Assembly: GCA_964514805.1 (NCBI GenBank) | Contig: CAZERP010000001.1 | Coordinates: 5,967-57,501, forward strand | Origin: Candidatus Micrarchaeota archaeon | GTDB lineage: Archaea > Micrarchaeota > Micrarchaeia > Norongarragalinales > UBA8480 | Length of the DNA: 51,535 nt | Reading direction: 5' to 3' | Shown here: piece after piece, positions 26,549 through 35,020 of the stretch | Position numbering within the stretch: position 1 is the first letter of the stretch | Layout: every line of letters starts with the position of its first letter | Program-made: the position numbers and the translations under genes | Notes under the pieces: generated by a model | Database searches by the model: none | Told to the model about the DNA's origin: nothing | The model's input: the letters and a program-made list of their open reading frames with translations, nothing else

Positions 26549-26749
26549 ATGTCTAAATCTATTACACTAAAGGACGCGACTTTTACTCGCGCGGAAAAAG
26601 AAGCTAAAGCTAACGGTTTTAGTGACGTTTCAGAATACGTTTCAAGCGTATTAGAAGAAATTTTTAGCGCAATAGATGAAGAAAAAAGCGCAGATGTTGA
26701 TGACGATGACGTAAAGAAACGTTTACGCGCGCTAGGTTACAAAGATTAA
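26549..26749 (+). CDS. small RHH(CopG)-like protein with acidic linker and CysD-like RLRALGY C-terminal tail
   Basis: 66 aa. SITLKDATFTRAEKEAKANGFSDVSEYVSSVLEEIF has a strand-helix-helix pattern, followed by DEEKSADVDDDD and then KKRLRALGYKD. GAGGT lies upstream. Confidence 0.5.
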   Translation: MSKSITLKDATFTRAEKEAKANGFSDVSEYVSSVLEEIFSAIDEEKSADVDDDDVKKRLRALGYKD

Positions 26750-26762
26750 GAGCTAGATAAAC

Positions 26763-28397
26763 ATGACGAAACGCGTACTAGTAATTGGAATTGACTCGGG
26801 TACTTTTGACTTGATAAAACCATGGGCAAAAGCAGGACACTTACCTAACTTAGGTAAATTAATTGAAAGCGGAGTACACGGCAGTTTTGTTGACTCATGG
26901 CTTCCAATAACCGCGCCAAGATGGACTACTATTTCTACTGGCAAAAATCCCGGCAAGCATGGAATTTTTGACTTTAGTAACATGCTAACAAATTACAAAA
27001 CTAAACCCGTTTCAAGCAAAGATATAGACGCAAAACCACTATACTCCCTTATTTCAGATGCAGGTAAAAAAGTCTTAGTACTAAACTACCCCATCACATA
27101 TCCATGTACTTGCGTAGATGGACATATGGTTGCCGGAATGCCAGCACCGATGTTAAATGAAAAAGCAGTTTATCCCCTAGAAATTCTTGAAGAAATTAAA
27201 GCTAGAAATTACAAAATTCTACCCGAAGAAGTTTATGACGGTACAAATGAAGAGTCAATACTCAAAGAATTACATGAAGTAATTGACAACCAATGTACAC
27301 TAGCTAAAGAATTCGTAACTACAAAGGAATGGGAATTTTGCTTTAACGTTTTCTTTAACACAGACATTGCAGGTCACTGGTTTTGGAAGCACATGGATGA
27401 AACCCATCCTGAGCACAACCAAAGAGCCGCTAAATACAAAGACGCGATTTTAGATGTTTACAAAAAAGCCGACAAAAGTGTAGGCGAGTTAATACAAGCC
27501 GCAGGCAAAGACACTACAGTATTCATAGTTTCAGATCACGGCATGGGCCCATTATACAAGGACATTTTTATCAACAACTGGCTATTGCAAAAAGGGTTTT
27601 TGAAATTAAAGAAAAACGCGATCAGCCGATTAAAATACGCAATGCACAAAGGCGGTTTTACTCTTGAAAACATGTATTCTATTGTCAAAAAGACAGGCCT
27701 TGCAAAACTTACCGCTAAAAATTCAGACGAAGCAGAAAACGCCAGGCAGTTTATTTTGAATAACTTTTTCATTTCATTTGATGACGTAGACTGGAGCAAA
27801 ACAGTAGCATTTTCATCTACTAACTATGGCCCGATTTTTATTAACCTTAAAGGCCGACAAGCGCAAGGAATTGTAAACCCGGGCGAAGAGTATGAAAAGG
27901 TTTGCCGCGAAGTTGCTAATTCATTGCTTGAAATTAAAGACGAAAAAGGAGAACAAGTTGTCGAAGTAGTAAAAGTTAAAAGCGAAATTGTAAGTGGAGA
28001 TCACCTAAACCAAGCACCAGACATAGTTTTTAGAATTAAAGGCATGAAATACACGACTAATCGTTATTTCGAATTTGGTTCAAACAAACTCTTCGGAAGC
28101 CCACACAGAGGAATGTCTGGAGATCATAGAGATAATGGAATTTTCATAGCAAATGGCCCGGATATTAAAAAGTCAAGCGAACAAGTTACTTTTAGGATGA
28201 TTGACCTTGCCCCTACTATATTGCACTTACTTGAATTGCCAATTCCAAACGACATGGACGGCGCAGCAGTCACCAGCATATTTGATGAAAATAGCCCTGT
28301 TTTTAAGAGAAAAATTGAAATTAACTCCAAAGTGCCAACTGTTAAAAAGTACGGCCGCGAAATGATTAAAAGAGTAATTTCAAAGATCAAACACTAA
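26763..28397 (+). CDS. alkaline-phosphatase-superfamily protein (type I phosphodiesterase/NPP, COG1524-like), long paralog
   Basis: GIDSGTF, TAPRWTTISTG, NTDIAGHWFWKH, VSDHGMGP and SGDHRDNG. The N-terminus is paralogous to 24941-25696. Confidence 0.8.
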   Translation: MTKRVLVIGIDSGTFDLIKPWAKAGHLPNLGKLIESGVHGSFVDSWLPITAPRWTTISTGKNPGKHGIFDFSNMLTNYKTKPVSSKDIDAKPLYSLISDAGKKVLVLNYPITYPCTCVDGHMVAGMPAPMLNEKAVYPLEILEEIKARNYKILPEEVYDGTNEESILKELHEVIDNQCTLAKEFVTTKEWEFCFNVFFNTDIAGHWFWKHMDETHPEHNQRAAKYKDAILDVYKKADKSVGELIQAAGKDTTVFIVSDHGMGPLYKDIFINNWLLQKGFLKLKKNAISRLKYAMHKGGFTLENMYSIVKKTGLAKLTAKNSDEAENARQFILNNFFISFDDVDWSKTVAFSSTNYGPIFINLKGRQAQGIVNPGEEYEKVCREVANSLLEIKDEKGEQVVEVVKVKSEIVSGDHLNQAPDIVFRIKGMKYTTNRYFEFGSNKLFGSPHRGMSGDHRDNGIFIANGPDIKKSSEQVTFRMIDLAPTILHLLELPIPNDMDGAAVTSIFDENSPVFKRKIEINSKVPTVKKYGREMIKRVISKIKH

Positions 28398-28403
28398 AAC
28401 GAC

Positions 28404-29591
28404 ATGAAGATTTGCATTATTGGCCTAGAAATATCTCCACCTTGGACTGAAGGTGTGAAGAATAACGCGTTTAACTTAGCTAAACATTTGAAAAAACAAG
28501 GAGTAGACGTTTTTGTTTTAACAATGTCACGAGTACTACCCGAAGAATCTGTAATTGAAGGGGTTAAGTTTTACGCAGTCAAAACTGCAGATTTTGATAA
28601 CAAAAAAGAACTATACCAATCCCTACCTAATTTACCTAAGTTCATTAAATTTAGCCGAAAAGTCATTGAAAAAGAAAAACCAGATGTTATTCATGGAAAT
28701 CACTACGTGTTATCCATGGGCGTAATTGACAAACTTGTAAATTCTACTGGCGCTAAGTGCGTAGAGACTATTTATGGCGATTTTTATGACCTTAGTTCAA
28801 TGACTAGCGTGAATGGTTTTACTTTTGTAAGCGAACAACTGCCTCACTTACTGATAAATAATCCACTAGTAACCTACTTGGCGTCAACGCAATATGACGC
28901 AGTTTTAACGCCAAATAATTACTTGAAAAATAAACTCTTAAACGCAGCTAAGACTATTGAAGTTATTCCAAACGGAGTAGATACTAAAAAATTTAGGCCA
29001 TTAAAAAGTTACGATTCTTTTTACAAACAGCATAAAATTAACCCAAAAGAACCTAAAGTTATTTACTTAGGTCATTTAACTTACGCTAAAGGAGTTAAAT
29101 TCTTAATAGAATCATTTGCCAAATTTACAAAAACATATCCTAAAGCGCAGTTAATTATCGCGTGGAGCGGCGCGGGTACGCAAAATGAAGAAGTTTTCAA
29201 TTTAATTAAAAGCAAAGGAATTGAAAAAAACATAATAAAAATTGGCGTAGTGGATGTAAACGAAGCTATGGGTTGTGCGGACGTTTTTGTGTTACCTCGA
29301 ACTTATGCGTTTGGCACAGTTATAATTCCTAACACCATACTAGAAGCGCTAGCGTGTTCAACTCCCGTAATAACAACTAATTTAGGCGGGATTAATGAAA
29401 TAATTAACGGAGAAAATGGATACACCGTAGCGCCAAGAGACTCAAATGCTCTGACGCGGGCAATGCTTGAACTGTTCTCGAATAAAAATAAAGATTCATT
29501 TAGAGCAAATGCAAGAAAAACAGCGGAAAAATACAGCTGGGTAGAAATTGCTAAGAAAACAAAACGTTTTTACGGAGAGTTATTAAAATGA
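28404..29591 (+). CDS. GT4 glycosyltransferase
   Basis: GT-B fold with the EX7E-type region PNTILEALACSTPVITTNLGGINEIINGENGY. Confidence 0.85.
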   Translation: MKICIIGLEISPPWTEGVKNNAFNLAKHLKKQGVDVFVLTMSRVLPEESVIEGVKFYAVKTADFDNKKELYQSLPNLPKFIKFSRKVIEKEKPDVIHGNHYVLSMGVIDKLVNSTGAKCVETIYGDFYDLSSMTSVNGFTFVSEQLPHLLINNPLVTYLASTQYDAVLTPNNYLKNKLLNAAKTIEVIPNGVDTKKFRPLKSYDSFYKQHKINPKEPKVIYLGHLTYAKGVKFLIESFAKFTKTYPKAQLIIAWSGAGTQNEEVFNLIKSKGIEKNIIKIGVVDVNEAMGCADVFVLPRTYAFGTVIIPNTILEALACSTPVITTNLGGINEIINGENGYTVAPRDSNALTRAMLELFSNKNKDSFRANARKTAEKYSWVEIAKKTKRFYGELLK

Positions 29592-30322
29592 TAAACGAAA
29601 AAGAAATTCAAAACTACTACCAAGACGAAAAAGTAACCGGAAAATATGACAATTTTCGTTTCAAAAAAGGCGGCGGATTAGTAGTTGACGAAACTGAAAA
29701 AAATGCAGTTTTAAAACTCGTCGGCAGTGAAAAGAAAAACATACTAGATGTAGCTACTGGAACCGGGCGATTTGCAGCAATTCTTGCTAAAAAAGGCAAC
29801 AATGTTACAGGCGTTGATTTGTCAAATGAAATGTTAAAAATTGCCAAACGCACATTCGAAATGGAGAAGGTAGACGTAAAACTAGTTGTAGGAGATGCTA
29901 CTAAACTTCCATTTAATGACAACTCATTTGACGCAGTAATTTCAATGCGACTATTAATTCATATTGACGATTTAGATAAATTTGTGAAAGAATTTGCGCG
30001 TGTTTCTAAAAAAGAAGTTATTTTTGACACAGTAAACGTTTGGAGTTTGAAGGCAATTCAAATTGTAATCGCAAACGCGTTATCTGGCTTACTTGGCTTA
30101 TCGCCTGTTTCAATGCACAGCGCCGGCGAAGTGGAACACGTAGCTAAAAGAAATGGGCTAAAACTTAAAAGAAGAGAGAACACTTTCTTTATCCCACCCG
30201 CAGTTTACTTATTCTTACCTACTTTTGTTAGTAAAGGTTTAAAGAAAATAGACTCCGGTGTACTAAAAGTTACTGGCGGTAGACTCGCTTCAAGCCACAC
30301 ATGGCTTTTTGAAAAAGGATAA
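29588..30322 (+). CDS. class I SAM-dependent methyltransferase
   Basis: Motifs ILDVATGTGRFAAILAKKG, GVDLSNEML and FDAVISMRLLIH. ATGA start/stop overlap with the upstream GT4. Confidence 0.85.
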   Translation: MINEKEIQNYYQDEKVTGKYDNFRFKKGGGLVVDETEKNAVLKLVGSEKKNILDVATGTGRFAAILAKKGNNVTGVDLSNEMLKIAKRTFEMEKVDVKLVVGDATKLPFNDNSFDAVISMRLLIHIDDLDKFVKEFARVSKKEVIFDTVNVWSLKAIQIVIANALSGLLGLSPVSMHSAGEVEHVAKRNGLKLKRRENTFFIPPAVYLFLPTFVSKGLKKIDSGVLKVTGGRLASSHTWLFEKG

Positions 30323-30328
30323 AACAAT

Positions 30329-31387
30329 ATGATTTTTGTTCACGCGCCAGTTTTGAAAATAAAAGACTTAACGACTAAAAGTAGCGCTACTTTTGAAAAC
30401 ACGCTAAAAAGCTATAACGATAAAGATAATATTAGTTTTACAGTCGATGGTAGAAACGCGTTGTACTTAATTTTGAAGTCAATGAACTTGAAAAAAACTG
30501 ACGAAGTAATACTACCCGCGTTTACGTGTCGGGCAGTTAGAGCTGCAACTGAAGCGGTTTGTACGCCAGTTTACGCGGATGTTTTAGATGATACTTTTTG
30601 TATTTCTCCAAAAGAAGTAAAAAGTAAAATAACTAAAAAAACTAAAGCAGTAGTAGCCGTTCATTCTTTTGGAAACCCTTGCGCAATTAATAACATTTCT
30701 AAAATATGCAAAGACGCAGACGTTTCGTTAATTGAAGACTGCGCGCAATCACTAGGCGCGACGTATAACGATAAACCAGTGGGCTCTTTTGGAGATTATT
30801 CGTTCTTTAGTTTTAGATTTTCTAAAGACATAACTTCATTTACGGGCGGCGCGGCTCTAAGTAACTCAAAGCTAATCAAATACGAAGCCACTACTAGTAA
30901 GTATAGCGCTTTTGCTAAACTTGGACTCGTAAAAACAGCGTCATACTTCCCTAACTATTCAAAAAAGGCGTACAAGTACATATTTGGCGCAAAAGAATCT
31001 CAAACCTTTAGCGCTAACGAAGAGACACTTAGCGCGTTTCAACGCTCGTGCTTACAAAATCAATTCAACGCTTTTGAAAAAATTGTTGACATACGCAGAA
31101 CTAATGCCGAGATTTATAATTCTCTTCTTAAAAAAGTTCAGCTCATTAAAAGTGAAAAAGAAGCTAAGAATAGCTACTACCGCTACCCTATACTCTCAAA
31201 AAATAGAAGCGAGTTAATAGCAAAACTTACAAGTGAAGGTATTGAAACTGAAGTTATGTACCCCTACGCATTAGATGATTGTAAAGTTGCAAGTAGATTA
31301 TCTCGCGAAGTGTTAAACATTCCCGTGAATCAAAAAGTAAGCGAAGTAGACTTACAAAAAATAATCACTACTATTAATGACTTTTAA
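30329..31387 (+). CDS. DegT/DnrJ/EryC1/StrS-family PLP enzyme (divergent)
   Basis: Motifs DEVILPAFTCRAV, VVAVHSFGNPC, IEDCAQSLGA and SFRFSKDITSFTGGA (candidate PLP lysine). Confidence 0.7.
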   Translation: MIFVHAPVLKIKDLTTKSSATFENTLKSYNDKDNISFTVDGRNALYLILKSMNLKKTDEVILPAFTCRAVRAATEAVCTPVYADVLDDTFCISPKEVKSKITKKTKAVVAVHSFGNPCAINNISKICKDADVSLIEDCAQSLGATYNDKPVGSFGDYSFFSFRFSKDITSFTGGAALSNSKLIKYEATTSKYSAFAKLGLVKTASYFPNYSKKAYKYIFGAKESQTFSANEETLSAFQRSCLQNQFNAFEKIVDIRRTNAEIYNSLLKKVQLIKSEKEAKNSYYRYPILSKNRSELIAKLTSEGIETEVMYPYALDDCKVASRLSREVLNIPVNQKVSEVDLQKIITTINDF

Positions 31388-32271
31388 TCTTTAGTTAACA
31401 TAAAACCAATGTAACTTAGAACACTAAAAACTACTCTTACTATAAGCGAAGTTGCAACCACAACTTCCGCCGGCACACTAAACTGCGCAAATAAAGCTAT
31501 CATTGTAACTTCTCTTGAACCAATTCCAGCGGGTAGTCCGGATAAAAAGCCGACTAGAAGTCCAGCGGAAATAATTGAAAGGATTACTACCGGATCTAAA
31601 TTTATGCTAAAAGCTTGAAAAATTGCTTGATATGCAAAAGCTCCGAGAAATAAAGCGATAAAAGTAACTAATATAGACACGGCAAATGTTTGAAGTGATA
31701 CTGATTTTATTCCTTCTTTAAAGTCGCGTAAGTTTTTTGAAATAAAACTTAAAAATGAAGGTATTTTTGAGACGAATTTCTCAGGAACTACTAATACGAA
31801 GATGAAACCAAAGGCAATTGCAGCTACTAGTAGTATTGAAAGCGGTAGTAGCTTAGGGTCGATTTGTGAGAGTATTAGAAAAGAAAAAGCAATTGCAAAT
31901 ATGAAATCTTGAACTCTTTCAAGTATTACTACCGCTAGTGATTTTGAAACAGGTATTTTTTTAGTTTTAAATAAAGCGCTTTTAGAAACTTCACCAAGAG
32001 CAGCCACAGTCCCCTGGTTTATGAGTTGACTAAAACAAAGTACGCTAAATGCTTGCTTGAATGAAATTTCGCCGAGTTTGCGAGTTAGAATGTAAAATCT
32101 AAGCCCGTTGAGTAAAATTATTACTAGTATTACTGCCGCGCCTAAAAGTAGCATTTTGAAGTCTGCTTTTAATAACGCGTCCAATATTTTTTGTGGGCCT
32201 GCAAAGTAGATAATTGCAAGTATCAAAATTAATCCTAGTATGGATAGTATGTTTGTGAGTTTTTTATACAT
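31384..32271 (-). CDS. flippase-like membrane protein (UPF0104 / LPG_synthase_TM family)
   Basis: 295 aa with about 8 TM helices. GLPAGIGSREV near the C-terminus is typical of the family. Confidence 0.65.
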   Translation of the reverse strand: MYKKLTNILSILGLILILAIIYFAGPQKILDALLKADFKMLLLGAAVILVIILLNGLRFYILTRKLGEISFKQAFSVLCFSQLINQGTVAALGEVSKSALFKTKKIPVSKSLAVVILERVQDFIFAIAFSFLILSQIDPKLLPLSILLVAAIAFGFIFVLVVPEKFVSKIPSFLSFISKNLRDFKEGIKSVSLQTFAVSILVTFIALFLGAFAYQAIFQAFSINLDPVVILSIISAGLLVGFLSGLPAGIGSREVTMIALFAQFSVPAEVVVATSLIVRVVFSVLSYIGFMLTKD

Positions 32272-32361
32272 TTTTTAAACTTAAACCTGTACTAAATAGT
32301 ATAAAGAAAGTACTGATTTAATAGTATATCAATTAAGTGTGGAAGTGATAAAAATTTTCAT

Positions 32362-32895
32362 ATGCATAAAAATGTTAAAATTCATTCAACCGCGCAAGTA
32401 TCAGACCAAGCTAAAATAGGCGAAGGCACTAGTATTTGGAACTGGGCTCAAGTTCGTGAAAATTGCGAAATTGGAAAAAACTGCGTAATATCAAAAGGAG
32501 TATACATTGATACCGACGTAAAAGTTGGAGACAACTGCAAAGTCCAAAACAACGTTTCAATTTACCACGGAGTTACCATCGAAAAGGGCGTTTTCGTAGG
32601 ACCACACGTGTGTTTTACTAATGACTTACAACCCAGAGCAGTAAACCCAGACTTAAGTTTGAAAAGTGCTAGCGATTGGACTGTGAGTAAAACAGTAGTA
32701 AAAGAAGGCGCAGCGCTAGGCGCCAATAGTACAATTAGATGCGGTATTACCATAGGTAAATGGGCTATGATTGGATCAGGTAGCGTAGTTACTAAAGACG
32801 TTCCAGACTATGGCCTTGTTTACGGCAACCCAGCTAAACTACACGGATACGTAAATAAAGAAGGAAAACGAGTAAAAGAACAACCAAAAAACTAA
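32362..32895 (+). CDS. left-handed beta-helix N-acetyltransferase (WbpD/WlbB-like)
   Basis: Hexapeptide repeats IGEGTSIWNWAQVRENCEIGKNCVISKGVYIDTDVKVGDNCKVQNNVSIY; 177 aa. Confidence 0.85.
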   Translation: MHKNVKIHSTAQVSDQAKIGEGTSIWNWAQVRENCEIGKNCVISKGVYIDTDVKVGDNCKVQNNVSIYHGVTIEKGVFVGPHVCFTNDLQPRAVNPDLSLKSASDWTVSKTVVKEGAALGANSTIRCGITIGKWAMIGSGSVVTKDVPDYGLVYGNPAKLHGYVNKEGKRVKEQPKN

Positions 32896-32925
32896 AATTA
32901 TTTTTAATACGGTGAGAAAATTATT

Positions 32926-34002
32926 ATGATTAGTATTGCAGCGCCCATGGTAGGCGAAGAAGAAAAAAAGAAAGTCCTCGAAGCAATTGACAGTGGCTTT
33001 CTAACACACGGGCCATTTACTGATGAGTTCGAAAAGAAACTAGCAGAATACAGCGGCTACAAACATGCAATTGCAGTAAATAGCGGAACTGCCGCGCTAC
33101 ACGTTGCGCTCATGGCCGCGGGTTTTAATGAAAAAAGCAGAATTGCAATTCCAGACTTTTCATTTATCGCAAGCGCTAACGCAGTCAAATACATAGGCGC
33201 AACTCCCGTTTACGTAGATATTGATGAAAAAACATTCAACATGTCCCCAGAAGCGCTACGCGCAGTGCTACGAAAAGAGAAAGTTGACGCGATTATGCCT
33301 GTTTCTCTTTATGGCCAGCCATATGATGTTGATGCGATTAATGCTATTGCTAAAGAAGCAGGAATACCTGTAATTAGTGATAACTGTCAGTCAATTGGAG
33401 CAAAATGGAATGGAAAGCGCAATTTAGGCGATTTAGCTGCGTGTCTTTCATTCTACCCAACTAAGAATATGACTACCGGAGAAGGCGGCGCTATACTTAC
33501 AGACAGTGATGATTTAGCCGCTAAAGCTAAAATTATCAAAAACGTAGGAATGCGTGCTAGATATGAATACTTATACGTTGGTTTTAACTATCGTATGACT
33601 AACACTGCTGCGGCAATTGGTCTTGAACAATTAAAGAAGCTTCCTGGTTTTACTTCTACTCGTCAATCTAACGCGAGTAAACTAAACGCGCTACTACGCG
33701 AAGTTAAAGAAGTTCAAACTCCGTATTGCGATGCTAAGGCAGAGCACGTCTACCACCAATACACGATTAAAGCTAAGGACCGTGATGGGCTTAAAGCGCA
33801 CTTAGAAAAGTTAGGAATTGGATGCGCGGTTTACTACCCCGCGCCGTTGCACACTATAGGCGTCTTAAAAGCAGGCGCGGTTAACTGCCCAGTTACTGAA
33901 AAAGTAGGCCGTGAAGTTTTATCACTTCCAGTACACCCTAAGTTAACTACTAGTAATTTAGAGGAAATAGCAAACGCGATTAAATCTTTTTATAAGGTTT
34001 AA
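32926..34002 (+). CDS. DegT-family sugar aminotransferase (WbpE-like)
   Basis: Motifs NSGTAALHVAL, SDNCQSIGA and SFYPTKNMTTGEGGAI (PLP lysine). GGTGAG lies upstream. Confidence 0.9.
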   Translation: MISIAAPMVGEEEKKKVLEAIDSGFLTHGPFTDEFEKKLAEYSGYKHAIAVNSGTAALHVALMAAGFNEKSRIAIPDFSFIASANAVKYIGATPVYVDIDEKTFNMSPEALRAVLRKEKVDAIMPVSLYGQPYDVDAINAIAKEAGIPVISDNCQSIGAKWNGKRNLGDLAACLSFYPTKNMTTGEGGAILTDSDDLAAKAKIIKNVGMRARYEYLYVGFNYRMTNTAAAIGLEQLKKLPGFTSTRQSNASKLNALLREVKEVQTPYCDAKAEHVYHQYTIKAKDRDGLKAHLEKLGIGCAVYYPAPLHTIGVLKAGAVNCPVTEKVGREVLSLPVHPKLTTSNLEEIANAIKSFYKV

Positions 34003-34988
34003 AAGTTTATTTTTTCCATTTTGCCGCTTTGCGCAGATTGCGCGGCGGCTTCCACAGCAGCTAGCGCGAGTAGTCCATCGTTTGTTGTTACTATTGGCTC
34101 TTCTCCGTTTTGAACGCAGTCTAAAAAGTGACTTAGTTCGACTTTGAGTGGCTCGTCTTTTGTAAAGTATGGCTTGTATTCTGCGCCTTTGCCCATGATT
34201 GTGACTATTTCGTCAAATGAGCTGAATTTGGATGGAATGTCTTCGGATGTTATTATTCGTAAGTCTTGAGTTACGTAGTCTAGTTTGGCAATGCCTTTAG
34301 TTCCAAGGATGATTAAGTCCCTGTTTTTAACTTTACTTACTCGGTTGGATTCTATTGTGGCCATAAATTCGCCGTAGTCAAATATTGCAGTGCAAAGGTC
34401 TGCGCTGTCTTTTTCTAGTATTTTCTTTTCTCTTGCCATTACTTGTTTTGGTGTTGAACCAGTTAAGTATACTAAAACGTCTACGTCGTGTACTGCTTGA
34501 TCTATGAAAGCAGATCCTACTTTTCTAGTCGTAGGTACGCCGAATCGGTGTACTGATGCGTAGAATATTTCTCCTAGCATATGAATGTTTTTCTTTAATG
34601 CTTGAACTGCGGGGTTGAAGCGTTCGATGTGTCCTACGGTTACGAAGACTTTGTGTTTGGCTGCTAGTTCTTGGAGTTTTTTGCCTTCATCTACTGTATT
34701 AGTAATTGGTTTTTCGATTAGGAAGGGTATTTTCTTTTCAATTAGTTCGACTGCTACTTTATAGTGTAAAGCGGTTGGGACTATGACGCTTGCCGCGTTT
34801 ATTTTGGTTAGGTCTACGTCTGAGAGTTTTTCTGCTACTGTGACTTTTTTGAAGTTAGCGTCAAGTACTCTTTTACGATTTTGCGCATCTGGTTCTACTA
34901 CGGTTATGTTTTTTACTTGTTTTAATTGTGAAAAAGTTCTAACGTGGTTAAAACCCATTAATCCGGCTCCGATTACTAATACGTGCAT
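33999..34988 (-). CDS. Gfo/Idh/MocA-family NAD-dependent sugar oxidoreductase (WbpB-like)
   Basis: Rossmann N-terminus VLVIGAGLMGFNH and EKP motif FLIEKPI; 329 aa. Confidence 0.85.
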   Translation of the reverse strand: MHVLVIGAGLMGFNHVRTFSQLKQVKNITVVEPDAQNRKRVLDANFKKVTVAEKLSDVDLTKINAASVIVPTALHYKVAVELIEKKIPFLIEKPITNTVDEGKKLQELAAKHKVFVTVGHIERFNPAVQALKKNIHMLGEIFYASVHRFGVPTTRKVGSAFIDQAVHDVDVLVYLTGSTPKQVMAREKKILEKDSADLCTAIFDYGEFMATIESNRVSKVKNRDLIILGTKGIAKLDYVTQDLRIITSEDIPSKFSSFDEIVTIMGKGAEYKPYFTKDEPLKVELSHFLDCVQNGEEPIVTTNDGLLALAAVEAAAQSAQSGKMEKINF

Positions 34989-35020
34989 AAATATTTTACA
35001 TCTCAGTTTATTTCTTTTTT

